From an uncultured virus (IMG/VR IMGVR_UViG_3300021371_000011) (lineage: Duplodnaviria; Heunggongvirae; Uroviricota; Caudoviricetes): a DNA stretch of 64,000 nucleotides. Below the pieces are notes generated by a model. The model was not told where the DNA came from and ran no database searches. It was given only the letters and a program-made list of their open reading frames with translations. Positions within the stretch are counted from its first letter, which is position 1; each line of letters starts with the position of its first letter. This document shows, one piece after another, positions 38,701 through 49,873 of the stretch. The translations under genes and the position numbers were made by a program. Location: the IMG/VR virus record IMGVR_UViG_3300021371_000011. One strand, 5' to 3'.

Positions 38701-41498
38701 GCAGATGTAGAATCATCTATTGTACGAAGGAATGATTGAATATCTGTTCCGTCTAAATCGCTGTCATCTATATAGATTCTAGTAGCAGATGATTGAGTAG
38801 CGTTGTTTAGTTTTACCTTACCTGCGCCGGGGTCGCTGTCTGCTGTATTTGTAGAAAAATCATATTTAAAGGATGCGCCACCAAAATTACCGTCTGCGCC
38901 TGTAGGTCCTGTCGGTCCGGTAGGACCTTGACTTCCTGTACTACCCGCCGGTCCGGTAGGCCCTGTCGGTCCGGTTGGACCCGCAGGACCTTGACTTCCT
39001 GTAGGACCTTGTGGTCCGGTAGGCCCTGTAGGTCCTGTCGGAATTGTAAAGGCAAATACTTTAGCACTATCCGGCCCACTTGTCGCTACTGCTAAAGGTC
39101 CTGTAGTTATGGTAGGTGTTCCAACACCTGCTGATGCACCCGCCGGTCCTGTAGGACCTGTAGGACCTTGACTTCCTGTTCCGCCTGTTGGCCCTGTTGG
39201 GCCTGTTGCACCCGTAGGTCCTGTAGGCCCGGTACTACCCGGTGGAATTGTGAAAGCAAATACCTTTGCTGTGTCCGGCCCACTAGAACCGATTGCTAAA
39301 GGACCACTAGATACTGTCGGTGTTCCAAAACCTGCGGCTGTTCCGGTAGGCCCTGTATTACCCGTAGTACCTTGAGGCCCTGTAGGTCCGGTTGGTCCTT
39401 GAGAACCTGTAGGTCCATTTGGTCCGGGTGGACCTGCCGCGCCTGTGCTACCTGTAGGTCCTGTAGGCCCATCCGGTCCTGTAGCACCTTGAGGTCCTGT
39501 AGGTCCATCCGGCCCATCCGGTCCTGTAGGTCCTGTATTTCCAATAGGCCCTTGACTGCCCGTTGGACCTTGAGGTCCTGTAGGTCCTGTAGGACCGGCA
39601 GGTCCGGTATCTCCTTTATCACCCGTTCTTGCGAATGTGACTAAAATATCTTCTCCCGCACTAAAAGGTGATGTAGCAGAAGAGTCTATACCACTTACTG
39701 TTATATCAAAGAAACCTGTTTGTTCACTTAGTGAAGAAATAGTAAATATTATAAATTGTGAAGCGTCTAGTAAATTACTTATCTTTACATGACCCTTTAT
39801 TGTAGAAGTAGAGTCGTCTATTGTTCTCATAAAAGATTGAATATCGCTACCGTCTAAGTCGCTATCATCAATAACAATATGCGTAGCAGCATTTTGCGTA
39901 GCACTATTTAATCTTAGTTTACCTGCGCCGGGGTCTGCTATACCATTAGCAGCATCAAAATCATACTTAAATGAAGCACCACCAAAATTACCATCCGGTC
40001 CTGTCGGACCTGTAGGTCCTGTACTACCTGTCGGACCTGCTACGCCTTGTGGACCTTGAAGGCCGGTAGGACCTTGTGGTCCTGTTGAACCTGTTGTGCC
40101 TTGTGGACCTTGTGGTCCATCCGGTCCTGTCGGGCCTTGTGAGCCTGTCGGTCCTGTCGGGCCTGTCGGTCCCGCTACTGTAGAATCTGCACCTGTAGGG
40201 CCTGTTGGACCTGTCGGGCCTGTTGGCCCGGTATTACCTTGTGGGCCTTGAGGTCCTGTACTTCCCGTAGAACCTGTAGGTCCTTGTGGACCTGTAGGGC
40301 CTGTAGGCCCTTGTGAACCTAATTGACCTGCCTGTCCAAAGTTTAAAACATATTTTGTGTTGTTTGTAAGAACGTCTGTTTGACTAGCAGTATTAGGAGA
40401 TACACCTAGTGTGTACCATCCGGTATTATCTGTGACAGTATTAACTATAAAATTAGCAAACTCTTCTACATCCCCACCTATATGTTGTATTTGTAATAAA
40501 CCCTTTCTAGTGTTATTAGATGCACTTATAAAAGTAAACCAAGCATCTTGATTTACAGCACCGGCATCTTCTTCATCTATATAGATTTCAGTAATGTTAG
40601 CAAATGTACCATTGTCAAATCTCATAAACCCCGAACCGGGGTCTGCTTCTGTTGTAGTGGTACTAAACTTCCAAACTACTCCCGATTTAAAACCTGCGGG
40701 ACCTTGAGGTCCTGTAGGACCGGAAGGAATAGTAAACGCAAAGACTTTAGCGGTATCGGGTCCACTAGCAGTTATACCTACGGGGCTACCTGTGACAATA
40801 GTAGGTGTACCAAACCCTGCCGCCGCACCTGTTGAACCTGTATTACCTTGTATTCCTTGTGGACCTTGTGGACCTGTATTACCTGTAGAACCCGTAGAGC
40901 CTGTCGGTCCCGTTGGTCCTTGTGGACCTGTCGGTCCTGTAGGACCTGTATTCCCTTGAACACCTTGAATACCTTGAATACCTTGTGGGCCTGTTGGCCC
41001 TGTAGCATTATTTTGATATGCAATCCATGTATCTTGTGTAGCACTATGCCTTACATATACTTTTTGATTTTGTGTTAAGGTAAAAGTACCACCTGTACCC
41101 GGATTAGTGACCCCTTGACCTACAAGAGAAACTACTGTACCTGCATCAGTACCAATAGTAATATTACCGCTACCTTCATTCATAATTTGTAATTCTGATA
41201 GACCTACCGGAAAAGGAACGGAAGCGTATGTAGGTAATGTGTATGTATATGTAGAAGAGTCAGTATGTATAATCATACGTGCTTCGTCTGCTCTAGTAAA
41301 TGTATAATTAGCGTTTTTTGTTTCTAGTGGCCTAACGTCTGCCGACCTACCACCTGCTGTAGAACCATCACCAATAAAAACACCATTAGCGGCTGAACCT
41401 GTATTTGTATCTAGGAATATTTGTTCTTTAGTAGGTGTGACACCCGCCCTTTGGGTAGTGGTAGCAGTAAAAAGATTTTTATTACCTGTTAGTGCCAT
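35778..41498 (-). CDS. Collagen-like virion fibre (1906 aa)
   Basis: Long Gly-X-Y (mostly GPT) tracts, 11 AK(V/I)FAFTIP modules, 3 globular repeats, C-terminal NxxxG adhesin-like repeats. Confidence 0.85.
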   Translation of the reverse strand: MALTGNKNLFTATTTQRAGVTPTKEQIFLDTNTGSAANGVFIGDGSTAGGRSADVRPLETKNANYTFTRADEARMIIHTDSSTYTYTLPTYASVPFPVGLSELQIMNEGSGNITIGTDAGTVVSLVGQGVTNPGTGGTFTLTQNQKVYVRHSATQDTWIAYQNNATGPTGPQGIQGIQGVQGNTGPTGPTGPQGPTGPTGSTGSTGNTGPQGPQGIQGNTGSTGAAAGFGTPTIVTGSPVGITASGPDTAKVFAFTIPSGPTGPQGPAGFKSGVVWKFSTTTTEADPGSGFMRFDNGTFANITEIYIDEEDAGAVNQDAWFTFISASNNTRKGLLQIQHIGGDVEEFANFIVNTVTDNTGWYTLGVSPNTASQTDVLTNNTKYVLNFGQAGQLGSQGPTGPTGPQGPTGSTGSTGPQGPQGNTGPTGPTGPTGPTGADSTVAGPTGPTGPTGSQGPTGPDGPQGPQGTTGSTGPQGPTGLQGPQGVAGPTGSTGPTGPTGPDGNFGGASFKYDFDAANGIADPGAGKLRLNSATQNAATHIVIDDSDLDGSDIQSFMRTIDDSTSTIKGHVKISNLLDASQFIIFTISSLSEQTGFFDITVSGIDSSATSPFSAGEDILVTFARTGDKGDTGPAGPTGPTGPQGPTGSQGPIGNTGPTGPDGPDGPTGPQGATGPDGPTGPTGSTGAAGPPGPNGPTGSQGPTGPTGPQGTTGNTGPTGTAAGFGTPTVSSGPLAIGSSGPDTAKVFAFTIPPGSTGPTGPTGATGPTGPTGGTGSQGPTGPTGPAGASAGVGTPTITTGPLAVATSGPDSAKVFAFTIPTGPTGPTGPQGPTGSQGPAGPTGPTGPTGPAGSTGSQGPTGPTGPTGADGNFGGASFKYDFSTNTADSDPGAGKVKLNNATQSSATRIYIDDSDLDGTDIQSFLRTIDDSTSAIKGHVKISNLTDAGQFTLHTITSLSEDSGYFDITVSTIDSSASAPFSDGEDVMVTFARTGDKGDTGPTGSVGPTGPTGPSGGTGPTGPPGSQGDEGPTGPTGPTGPNGPPGPQGSTGGTGPTGVAAGFGTATATTGPIGVSTSGPNTAKIFAFTIPQGATGPTGPDGPTGPTGPTGPTGNTGGSGPAGTSAGFGTPTVSSGPLSISSSGPNTAKVFAFTIPAGDAGPTGPTGPTGPTGPPGPTGSGGPVGPTGSAAGFGTPSVSSGPLAISSSGPNTAKVFAFTIPPGSTGPAGPPGPTGPTGPTGNDGNDGGTGPTGAAAGFGTPTATTGPIGVSSSGPNTAKVFAFTIPQGATGPPGPSGGAGPPGPTGPTGPTGTAAGFGTPTASTGPIAVSSSGPDTAKVFAFTIPQGDTGPTGPTGPTGPTGPPGGTGPTGAIGPGAGFGTPTATTGPIGVSSSGPNTAKVFAFTIPQGATGPTGPTGPTGPTGPPGPTGSTGAAAGFGSASASTGPIAVSTSGPDTAKVFAFTIPQGAAGPAGPPGPTGPTGPPGSNGSDGAAAGFGTPTVASGPLAIASSGPATAKVFAFTIPPGSTGPPGPSGPPGSQGGAGPPGPNGPPGPSGVAGGIGDLSDAVTTATSNIGLGSGALDSLTASSGNYNVALGVDAGTTLSTGDRNILMGYQAGTAISTGGDHVMIGHTAGAAITNQNTGVYVGYRAGVSSTGYSETIVGSQAGTNGTGYNTVVGHNAMTAGTGSANTFIGWNAGQGVASNAANQNVGIGADSLKDLTTGSYNLGVGRYAGQNITSGQKNIILSSYNGASSLTTGSYNVLIGNADVSSATVGQSLTISDGSGLLTWITADNSGDVSIPNGGLTVEQEFVAKRGKISTLGSSITLSDTYAGKYIIVNSTATLTLPASPAVGEQYIIISDHAGTTTISADGTDTMNGSTTNQTITTRYEAKTFIATSSSAWIVVG
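36830..41005 (-). repeat. Coding collagen repeats and interspersed module repeats
   Basis: GGACCTGTAGGTCCTGT-like 9-nt periodicity; local rise in GC content. Confidence 0.9.
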
Positions 41499-41526
41499 AT
41501 ACTTTCCCTCTTTTATTGTTTAATAA

Positions 41527-42873
41527 TTATATCACTAATGCGCCCATGATAATGATACCACTATCATTATTACTTACAACTAAGTCGCCTATATCAAGTG
41601 TTCCACCGCCACCGCTTTCTCCACCTGTGTTAGTAGCCCAAACAGGACTGCCGCTATTTATAGTAAGCACCGTTCCTTCTGAACCTGCGGCTAATATTGT
41701 CATATCATCGTGTCCCTGCCCCACTAATATTGCATTTTTAGTAATAAACTCTCTTCCTGTACCCCCCTCTACGACAGAAGTTGAAGGTGGTGTGTTTCTA
41801 CTGCGGTAAATACCATCAGATACTTGAGAAAAGTTCCAATCTCCTTTTACCGTAGGTCTTTTTACCGTGTGTATATCAGCACTTTGTTTTGATTGTGAAT
41901 AAGGACCATATAATACACCATCAGTTTCTATGACTAATTCATTACACGTTAGTGTACGGCCATCAGATATAATCCAATCGTGTGTAGATGCCTCAATAAC
42001 TACTTTGTTATATTTGACGTTAAACTTTTTTGTTGTAGAATTACCGTAAGTTGTATCTCCGTTTACAGGTAAAACTTGGTTAGTAGAAGTAGCGGTATAG
42101 TGTACAGTAGTATTACCCCAATTATATTCTTCATGTGCTATACTAATAGTGCCTTGTAATTTAAATATTTTTGACAAATCATCTGTATCAATTGTTTTAG
42201 GACTTACTTTTACGGTAGAAGGAATAACAAAATTACCAATATCTACAGAACCGTATGTATTCCACACCGCACCTGTTCTTGTGTATATGTGTTCGGGACT
42301 AAATGTAGCACTACCGGATGCAGTAGCCAATGTGATTTTAGGGTATTTACCGTCTACCAAAGTCAATACACCTGCGGCGGGTAATGTAAATGTTATTATA
42401 GTATTAGCGTGTGGCTCTCCGTTTGCGCCCGCCCATATACTTGTGTTTGCTTCATATTGTATGTAAAGTCTATTATTTGTTTGGTTTGCTGCACTATCGC
42501 CTATAGGAAAAGGTGGTGTCCCTGTAAAAACCCACGTTGTGCCTAAATCCGCTATACAGGCATCTTTAGCAACAATTAAACCCGCTTCAAAATAAAGTAC
42601 TGACCCACTATCAAAAGCAAGAGTATTGTCAAATCCCGAATCTATTGTGACTGTATTTAAATACCAATCTCTACTTGTAGTAAATCTACATTTATTTTTA
42701 CCTACTCCCGAACCAACAGAAGTAAAATATAATTGATAGTCGTTTGTTGTGTCTAACCAATCACTCGGTAAACCTAGTTGTGTTAATACGGGACTACCGC
42801 TTGAGTCAAGCGACCAATTTCTACCATCTTCGGGGTCTGCTGATGTGCTACCAACCCAATAATAATTTGTCAT
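41527..42873 (-). CDS. Beta-rich virion/adhesin-like protein
   Basis: YYWVG..NWS N-terminus; C-terminal GGTG..AILVG..G.VLT..W fibre-like motif. Confidence 0.55.
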   Translation of the reverse strand: MTNYYWVGSTSADPEDGRNWSLDSSGSPVLTQLGLPSDWLDTTNDYQLYFTSVGSGVGKNKCRFTTSRDWYLNTVTIDSGFDNTLAFDSGSVLYFEAGLIVAKDACIADLGTTWVFTGTPPFPIGDSAANQTNNRLYIQYEANTSIWAGANGEPHANTIITFTLPAAGVLTLVDGKYPKITLATASGSATFSPEHIYTRTGAVWNTYGSVDIGNFVIPSTVKVSPKTIDTDDLSKIFKLQGTISIAHEEYNWGNTTVHYTATSTNQVLPVNGDTTYGNSTTKKFNVKYNKVVIEASTHDWIISDGRTLTCNELVIETDGVLYGPYSQSKQSADIHTVKRPTVKGDWNFSQVSDGIYRSRNTPPSTSVVEGGTGREFITKNAILVGQGHDDMTILAAGSEGTVLTINSGSPVWATNTGGESGGGGTLDIGDLVVSNNDSGIIIMGALVI

Positions 42874-42885
42874 ATTTTACCCTCT

Positions 42886-43326
42886 TTAATCTTGATAAAG
42901 AGAGCCGGACAATTGCGAGCCGGTTGTTGTTCCCCCGACTCTTGATGCTGTTGTTCCCGATTTAAACGCACTACCACCCTTCTCTTCTATCGCTGCTAAA
43001 GCGTCTTGTGCTGATTTCTCAAAAGACGCTAATTGTTTATTGTATCGAATGTCAGATGTACCTTGTTCTTTTTGTGGGAATACAGCAGGTATAGTATCTA
43101 TTAATACTCTTAGACAATCTACACAAACTAAAAACTTTACTGCACTTTCTTTTAAGGTATCAGTAGGTGCGCCTGTAGTATCTACACCAAAGTATTCTGC
43201 TACTCTTGCTTTTTTGTTTACTTCTGCTGTACGAATAGTAATATATTCTGTGATTGTACCATTGTTTAGACCTCTAGGTCTATTAAGTAAATCTCTAATA
43301 TTATCTGTTGTGACTGTCATCTCCAA
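42886..43326 (-). CDS. Putative head completion/adaptor protein
   Basis: Helical ~145 aa downstream of MCP. Confidence 0.5.
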   Translation of the reverse strand: MEMTVTTDNIRDLLNRPRGLNNGTITEYITIRTAEVNKKARVAEYFGVDTTGAPTDTLKESAVKFLVCVDCLRVLIDTIPAVFPQKEQGTSDIRYNKQLASFEKSAQDALAAIEEKGGSAFKSGTTASRVGGTTTGSQLSGSLYQD

Positions 43327-43693
43327 ACCTCTCCCTGTAATCTAACGGTACGTCAAGCACTATATTGTTTGATGAAGGTTTGGTTGCTCGGCCTAGTACT
43401 ACTACAAGTTTAGTAGCAATAATTTTTTGAGCCATTTCGCTATTTGGAATCCAATAAGGTTTCTTCGCACTTCTACTTAACAAAGACATAGGGTGATTAG
43501 CGTATCTTCTACCACCGTTCTTATGCGCCCTTATTAACCATCCCGGTCCGGGCAAATAATTATCTAATCTAAATTGCATATCTTCTATATTACCACTTTC
43601 GGGCAAAGGAATACCTGCTTCTTTTAATGCAGATGCAAGTTTAGCCTTAGAAGGTTTCTTTGGCTTCGCCTTAGCGACTTTTTTATCACTCAT
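43301..43693 (-). CDS. Basic hypothetical protein
   Basis: AGGTGA RBS; helix-extension-helix-like N-terminus. Confidence 0.55.
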   Translation of the reverse strand: MSDKKVAKAKPKKPSKAKLASALKEAGIPLPESGNIEDMQFRLDNYLPGPGWLIRAHKNGGRRYANHPMSLLSRSAKKPYWIPNSEMAQKIIATKLVVVLGRATKPSSNNIVLDVPLDYRERFGDDSHNR

Positions 43694-43710
43694 TCATTCA
43701 CCTTTTAGTC

Positions 43711-44127
43711 TCAAGGGTTAGAATATCCAAGTACGAATACATGGACTGCCGGTGCTGTATCATCAGATGATGTAGATGTGACCTTAAGAGTACCACCTGC
43801 ACTAATCTTGTAGTGTGCGTCATCTATCTCACCACATCTTACGACATCTTTATCACCTGCTGTTCCTGTGACAAAAGCATCAGTAATAGCGTCAGTTCCG
43901 TTAAGAACCTGTAGGCTGTTAGAGTTATCTCCACCATCTGCTAAAAGATGGGACCAAACATCAACAACCTCTAAGTTTCTATCTACGGTTAGTGAAACGC
44001 TTTCTGTTGCGCCACCATCTACTGCTATTTTGTAAAGGATAGGTATAGACCCACCTGTACCACCATTAGAGACTTGCTTTGTGTTAAGCCCTGTCATTAG
44101 GTTTTGGAGTTTACGGTTAATAGGCAT
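43711..44127 (-). CDS. Putative capsid-associated beta protein
   Basis: Immediately after MCP. Confidence 0.5.
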   Translation of the reverse strand: MPINRKLQNLMTGLNTKQVSNGGTGGSIPILYKIAVDGGATESVSLTVDRNLEVVDVWSHLLADGGDNSNSLQVLNGTDAITDAFVTGTAGDKDVVRCGEIDDAHYKISAGGTLKVTSTSSDDTAPAVHVFVLGYSNP

Positions 44128-44141
44128 TTATTTTAGCCCCC

Positions 44142-45053
44142 TTAAGCCCTTACGCCTGTAATCTTACAGATTCGGTTGTTCTTACCTGCTGCTGCACCAT
44201 CTTGCATTTCGTGGATAACGCTACCCATGTAAGATGTTAATAGCCAATCAAAACCGACTCCCGGTAGACGTGTTAATTCTGTCTCTTGGAATCCCGGTCC
44301 GTTGTATGTAAAGAACTCTGCTGTTTCTGCACCCGGTATAAGTAGTAGACCATCGTTTACCAATGCGCTACTAGCCCCGAAATCTCTTGTGTAGTAAATT
44401 GTTAGGTTTGCGATTCTACCCAAGTGTTGTTGTAGAGACTCGACTACGTTTCCGTATAGAGTAGTGTTAAGCATAGCACTTCTCTTGTCAGCAGGTAATA
44501 CAAGAGCCATTGGCTCATTACCGCTAACCTTTGCGTTAGCAAAGATTAAGTCCATAGCGTCTAGCAAGTCTTTTTCCTCGTCTGCTGATGCACTACCGAA
44601 TGTTGATGTTGCTGCTTGTGATTGTCCATTACCTGCCATCAATTTTGTTAGGATGTGGTTGTCTATTAAGTCTGCACGACCTCTTACAACAGCCATTTGT
44701 TGCCTGTCAATGTTCTCAAAGGATTCGCCACGTAGTCTTACTGCGTCTAGGAAAGTTACTCTACCCTGTCCTTTCTCAAGTTTAACTGTGTAGTTTGCTG
44801 TTCCGATGTTTGTTGGGTCTGTTAGAGCAACGTCATCAATTGGATAAGCGAATGTACCTGTCACTCCGGTGTACCACTTAAACTCTAACCAAGGAACGGT
44901 TCTTACACCAACCAAATCAGTCGCTATTGCGATTGTGTTAGACTGTAATTGAATGAAATCTCTTAGAGTCTGTTCTAAAACCGCATCTCCTACTGAGAAC
45001 GGGCCTGTTGCTGCTTCTACATTTAATATTTCTTCTAGTGTGTTATTTACCAT
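44142..45053 (-). CDS. Major capsid protein (HK97 fold)
   Basis: About 300 aa; gene order portal-protease-decoration-MCP; GAGGTGA RBS before ATG 45053. Confidence 0.8.
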   Translation of the reverse strand: MVNNTLEEILNVEAATGPFSVGDAVLEQTLRDFIQLQSNTIAIATDLVGVRTVPWLEFKWYTGVTGTFAYPIDDVALTDPTNIGTANYTVKLEKGQGRVTFLDAVRLRGESFENIDRQQMAVVRGRADLIDNHILTKLMAGNGQSQAATSTFGSASADEEKDLLDAMDLIFANAKVSGNEPMALVLPADKRSAMLNTTLYGNVVESLQQHLGRIANLTIYYTRDFGASSALVNDGLLLIPGAETAEFFTYNGPGFQETELTRLPGVGFDWLLTSYMGSVIHEMQDGAAAGKNNRICKITGVRA

Positions 45054-45081
45054 TTTATTCACCTCAATTTATTTGCTATAT

Positions 45082-45495
45082 CTAACAAGATACAGGAATA
45101 AAGTCTCCCGATGCGATTGCACCTTCTCCACCAAAGTAGTACCCTACGAATACTGCTGAATTGGTTGCGTCATTTACTGTGACTGTTCCGTTGTCGGAAG
45201 CAGTCTGTGAAACATATACAGACATTCCGAACTTAGGTGCTGCTGTTGCTGCACCTGCTTTAAGATAGCAAATACCGTCAAGAGCAACTACTGAAACTGT
45301 TCCTGTCCCTGCTGCTTCTAATGCTTGGTCTGCATCTCGGCTTGATTCAGCCATTGTGTATGCAATTGGTGTGTCTGTCACACTTGCTGTCATTAGTATT
45401 CCACCTGCACCGTACTTAACTAAAAGTCCTTTGCTTGCGAAAGTTTCTGCTATATCTACTACGTTTACCGGGTCGTTTCCACTATATGCTACCAT
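45082..45495 (-). CDS. Capsid decoration/cement protein
   Basis: Small G/A/V-rich beta protein between protease and MCP. Confidence 0.65.
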   Translation of the reverse strand: MVAYSGNDPVNVVDIAETFASKGLLVKYGAGGILMTASVTDTPIAYTMAESSRDADQALEAAGTGTVSVVALDGICYLKAGAATAAPKFGMSVYVSQTASDNGTVTVNDATNSAVFVGYYFGGEGAIASGDFIPVSC

Positions 45496-45496
45496 T

Positions 45497-47398
45497 TTAT
45501 CTCATCTCCTTTATTGTGTCGTATGTTGGGGCAACCATTTGTGTGCCTTCTCCAACTGCGAGTGTTTTGTTCCATGCACCGGCCCAAGCGTTCCATGCTT
45601 TAGCGTATAGTGCTTCATCGTTTTCTACTACTCTACCATTTAGATAGTTAGAAACTTTGTGGGTTGATTCAGAAGCGATTGCTTCTTCGATAGGTTTTTC
45701 GACTGATTCAACAGGAGACATTTCTACTTCTGTTGGTGTCGGGTGTGCCTCATTCCATGAAGCAATTAGAGAAGTTAGTGTATCGGATGACAAATCTTCG
45801 TGTCCCGACATTCCTAATTCTGATGCCTCATCAACAAGAGTTTGGCGTGTTGCCTCTACTCTTGCTTCTTCTAGTGCCTCAAACTCGCCAACTCTTGAAT
45901 TGGCTAAAACGAGGGAAGCCTTAAGTGCTTCAATTTCTGCTGCGTAGTCTACTGTATTTTCTTCTTCGGTCATTATCTCACCTGTTTGTTGGTCTGTGTC
46001 AGTTTGTGAATGTCCTATAAAGGTTGCTTCTGCTGCCGTTGCCTCTATTTTTCGTATAGAATCTATCGTAGCCCTTTGATATGCGGGTTTATGGACAATA
46101 GCAAGGTGGTCAAACTTAAAATCTTCCCCAAACAACATACCATCTTCGGAAGCCTCGACAGGTACGCCGCTACCCCCAATTGACACTCCGTAGTTATCCC
46201 TAGACCATAAGCCGGACTCTAAAGCATCGAATAATTCTGTTCTTACAACGTGTGCTACATATCTAACTTCATAACCACCTGCTACGGTTTTATGGAATGA
46301 TGCACCTTTAATATATCCGACTACTGCTTCTTCAACACCGCCATTCATATTTCTTGTAAAGCCGCTACCATGTTCACTTGCTGCCGGATGATTTAATGTT
46401 AAGTCTGCACCTTTCATTTGTTCTGCTACTAACTTTGCACCTTCTTCTGTTAAGGCCCATTTGTTTTTATTCATACCTTCGTGGAATGCTACACCTCTTA
46501 TTTCTATAACAGTTTCTCCGGTAGATGCTTCTAGTATTGCTTCTACCTCATCAAAATCTAAATCTAGTGTGACAGAAACTTTTCTGCATTCACCATCTAT
46601 CATTTCTTCTCCTATTCCACATTCAGAAGCATATCCTTTCTTTTTCTTATCATCGTAATCTGCTTCTGTCTTAAACTCATGTCCTTCGTGTGCAGCCATA
46701 CATTCTTCTTTAGAATATCCTGCCTCTTGACACCTAGACATATATTCTCCGTGTGTTTCGGAATCTTTTGGTGTAGGTTCTGCTGCTTGTTTCAAAGCCT
46801 TTTCCATTGAAGGTTCGGGGTCCTCTACATAAGCAACGCTCATACACTCTCCGTGATTAGCACATTTTTCTTGTGTCATACAAGAAGAACAAACATCGTA
46901 TGCTGCTTCTGCCTTTTTCTTAATAGGAATACAATTAGGTACTTTTCTACCATTTTTCATTTTCATACCGTATTGTTCATATCCCGCAGTACAAGGGTCA
47001 TCAGCATCTTTAGCCTCAACCTCTTCATCATTACATCCACACCCACATGGTGTTCCATCTTCTGCTTCTACTTTTGTTCCGCCTCGCCATTGTCTACAAG
47101 ACCAATACCTAGCCTTCCATTTTGGGCCGGGTGTTTTACAGTTATGTCTAGCACGAAATGATTTTCTTCTAGCGGGGTCATCTCTTTTGATTTCCATGTT
47201 AGGGTCGCCAAATCGTACAATAACTACTGTGCCGCTACCATTTTTAGTATATACCGCAAACTTTTTAGGTCCACCCTTTGTTCTAAAGGGTTTATTGAGA
47301 CTTACAGTACGACCTTGATACTCGGCTGCTGAAACATCTTCTTCATCCCATTCTTCGTATGCTACTACTTCGCCACTACAACCGCATCCACACGACAT
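45497..47398 (-). CDS. Prohead protease-scaffold polyprotein with N-terminal accessory modules
   Basis: Protease-like LNHP..VVG..GVSIGG..HLAIVHKPAY; C-terminal acidic coiled coil. Confidence 0.8.
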   Translation of the reverse strand: MSCGCGCSGEVVAYEEWDEEDVSAAEYQGRTVSLNKPFRTKGGPKKFAVYTKNGSGTVVIVRFGDPNMEIKRDDPARRKSFRARHNCKTPGPKWKARYWSCRQWRGGTKVEAEDGTPCGCGCNDEEVEAKDADDPCTAGYEQYGMKMKNGRKVPNCIPIKKKAEAAYDVCSSCMTQEKCANHGECMSVAYVEDPEPSMEKALKQAAEPTPKDSETHGEYMSRCQEAGYSKEECMAAHEGHEFKTEADYDDKKKKGYASECGIGEEMIDGECRKVSVTLDLDFDEVEAILEASTGETVIEIRGVAFHEGMNKNKWALTEEGAKLVAEQMKGADLTLNHPAASEHGSGFTRNMNGGVEEAVVGYIKGASFHKTVAGGYEVRYVAHVVRTELFDALESGLWSRDNYGVSIGGSGVPVEASEDGMLFGEDFKFDHLAIVHKPAYQRATIDSIRKIEATAAEATFIGHSQTDTDQQTGEIMTEEENTVDYAAEIEALKASLVLANSRVGEFEALEEARVEATRQTLVDEASELGMSGHEDLSSDTLTSLIASWNEAHPTPTEVEMSPVESVEKPIEEAIASESTHKVSNYLNGRVVENDEALYAKAWNAWAGAWNKTLAVGEGTQMVAPTYDTIKEMR

Positions 47399-47429
47399 GG
47401 TTTTTCAATTTAGGGTTTGTCTTATTAAT

Positions 47430-47789
47430 CTATTCTAGTATGCCGGATTGTTTTAGACTTTCTATCAAATCTTTATAGATTGAGTAATCAGATAAAGTAC
47501 ATATTGGTTCTATATGTGTATCACCTATACTATAATTAGCGTATGATTTAGGGCTTACATATACCTTAAAGTCCTCACTAACATAAGTGTAGTTATCTTC
47601 TACTCTTACAATAATATAGAATGGTTCTTTTTCCACTATTTCTCCGGTAATACTACTACAAGAAATCATATTCGGGTCATAAAAAGGACTTGTTTCAAAC
47701 GCAGGTGTAGCAAAAGGCACAAGAAAAACAGACATCATACATATAGCAATAAACTTTTCTATAACTTCGTCTTTATCCATTAGCCCCAC
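47430..47789 (-). CDS. Membrane/secreted hypothetical protein
   Basis: N-terminal hydrophobic segment. Confidence 0.5.
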   Translation of the reverse strand: MGLMDKDEVIEKFIAICMMSVFLVPFATPAFETSPFYDPNMISCSSITGEIVEKEPFYIIVRVEDNYTYVSEDFKVYVSPKSYANYSIGDTHIEPICTLSDYSIYKDLIESLKQSGILE

Positions 47790-47892
47790 TTTTCCGTATC
47801 AAGGGCCATAGCAGCGATAACGATAAATAATAGGATGCAACAAACTTCGTTGAGTGTCATAACACTAGGTTATCCTAGTGTTTTATGATTAT

Positions 47893-48399
47893 TTACTTTT
47901 TGCCGCCTTTAGTAATTTGAAATGCTTCCATATCCAAAGTGTGTTTTTGTTGCATGGCTTCCATATCCAAATCGTGTTGTAGTTTTAATTCTTCTAGTTT
48001 ACGAGTGTGGTTTTTAGATGCGTTAGTAGATTCTACGTCAGCGTTTAGTCTGTCGGGTAATACTGCAATTTTAGCACTTTCTTTACCTTTAAATAAATCT
48101 AGTACACTTGTTATAATAAGAAGTGCAGGACCACCTAATAGACCAATAACTGTAAGTTGTGAATCCGATATATCACGTTGTTCTACAACGCTGTAATAAG
48201 AAGCAGCCGCAGCGATTATAACCCACGCCATAACAACACCCATACCAAAAGTTAGCATAAGTGTTTCGTTGGGATTTGTCATTTTTGGGCTACTCATGTC
48301 TTTTCGTTGTTCGGGGTGTCTTTTAAGTATTATTGCTGCAACAGCACCCAAAGCCGCTAAAACAAGGCTATACACCGCAAATTGTAATTCCGGTATCAT
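47893..48399 (-). CDS. Multi-pass membrane protein
   Basis: Two to three TM segments plus a coiled-coil tail; overlaps the portal stop. Confidence 0.6.
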   Translation of the reverse strand: MIPELQFAVYSLVLAALGAVAAIILKRHPEQRKDMSSPKMTNPNETLMLTFGMGVVMAWVIIAAAASYYSVVEQRDISDSQLTVIGLLGGPALLIITSVLDLFKGKESAKIAVLPDRLNADVESTNASKNHTRKLEELKLQHDLDMEAMQQKHTLDMEAFQITKGGKK

Positions 48400-49790
48400 A
48401 TATCTTCCTCGCTAGGTGCGCTTTCTTGTTCATTTTCTCTAGGTAAACTTCCTACATTTGCAGGTTGTTCGACCTCTTTTCTTTCATCACCTTCTTTGCC
48501 TATTTCCGGTAAGTTTAGAATATCAAGGGATTGATTGAGCGTAAGTAGGCCACCATCGTAACCCATCGTAACTCTTTGCATAACATTTAGTGGAGACTCC
48601 ATATCCATAGCGTCAAACTTAATAGTAGGTAAATCTTGTCGTCTATATGTTATGCCTAATAGGTCTAAGTGCATCATAAATAATTGCATGGCAGACTCCG
48701 CTAGTATTTTGTGCATACGGCTTATTGCTTGTACGGCCCAAAGGTTAGCATTGAATGTTGCTGCGAATGTAGAGCCACGTTCTTGACCTGCTGCTACTCT
48801 TGGTACTTGTAGAACGGCTGCAATATCGGCATTTATACTATCTAGGAAATCTGCACTATTAGGCATTGTATTACCTAAATCTACATGGTGTAGATTAACG
48901 TAATGCGGTAATACAGGTATTTGGTCGCCCCTTAAACCGGAGAATAAACTAATTACCTCATCCATAATAAATGATAACCTTTGTGATTGTTCAACAGGGT
49001 CTTGTATGTGTTCAATAGCAGATTTGTCTATCGTAATGTATTGTTTAGTCATAGCATCTTCTAAAGATATACGATTATTCATACTGTTGTATTTCATGCG
49101 TATTGCTTGCTTTAGTGCCGAGAAACGTGATGCGCCCCATATACCATAAGTCTTTCTACCTTTGTTATCTGTAAACCAATTAGAACGGAAATCAACCTTT
49201 ATGTGTAATATTTCTTTTGCGGAAATAGCAACTTCGTAAGGTGATGTTTCCCGCATAATATATGTTCTTGGGTTAATTATAGGGTTATCTTCGTCAGCAA
49301 CGAAGTAAGAACCTACACCGCCTCTTTCATCAACAATAGTTATTTGTTTGATAGGAAGGCTTTGTAGACCTGTGACCCCTATACCTTGTTTACCTACTAT
49401 TTTGTTAATGTCATTACCGTAAACCATCATATTACGCATAGAGTTAATCATAATGTCGTCAAAGTCAAGAGTATCTTCTACAAGTGTTTGTATGGCGTTT
49501 CTTATCTGTGCATTTTTACCTTTAGAATAATTTATTTCGTAATTATTAGCCGTAAGTGATACAGCACGAACCGCACCGTTCAATTCCGGGTCTAACTTCA
49601 ACATAAGGTCATACAAATCAAACTCATTGTCAAACTTACTGTCTTGTCTTAGTTTTTCTGTATCTCTAACAATATCCGGTATTCCTGCAATTGCTGAAAA
49701 CTTTTCGTTAGTAGATAACGCTATTCTCTTCGGTTCTACGGGTTTTTCTACACTTCCGGTTAATCTTTGCCACAAACTTCGCTCGGCCAT
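48396..49790 (-). CDS. Portal protein
   Basis: 464 aa; YGN, EILH, YG.SRF..L, IAAVLQVP motifs; first gene of the head operon. Confidence 0.85.
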   Translation of the reverse strand: MAERSLWQRLTGSVEKPVEPKRIALSTNEKFSAIAGIPDIVRDTEKLRQDSKFDNEFDLYDLMLKLDPELNGAVRAVSLTANNYEINYSKGKNAQIRNAIQTLVEDTLDFDDIMINSMRNMMVYGNDINKIVGKQGIGVTGLQSLPIKQITIVDERGGVGSYFVADEDNPIINPRTYIMRETSPYEVAISAKEILHIKVDFRSNWFTDNKGRKTYGIWGASRFSALKQAIRMKYNSMNNRISLEDAMTKQYITIDKSAIEHIQDPVEQSQRLSFIMDEVISLFSGLRGDQIPVLPHYVNLHHVDLGNTMPNSADFLDSINADIAAVLQVPRVAAGQERGSTFAATFNANLWAVQAISRMHKILAESAMQLFMMHLDLLGITYRRQDLPTIKFDAMDMESPLNVMQRVTMGYDGGLLTLNQSLDILNLPEIGKEGDERKEVEQPANVGSLPRENEQESAPSEEDI

Positions 49791-49873
49791 ATAATTACGA
49801 GGTTTCGGTCGTTTTATAACACTTTTTGATGTTTTTCTTAATTTTTTTTATTTTTTCGATATATTACAAAATT

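Noticed and set aside
36171..41078. Many overlapping alternative-frame and antisense ORFs
   Set aside because: Shadows of the GC-rich collagen codon repeats, which lack stop codons in other frames
35778..41498. Diversity-generating retroelement target (Mtd-like N-terminus)
   Set aside because: No reverse transcriptase or adenine-specific TR/VR pair was seen in this window
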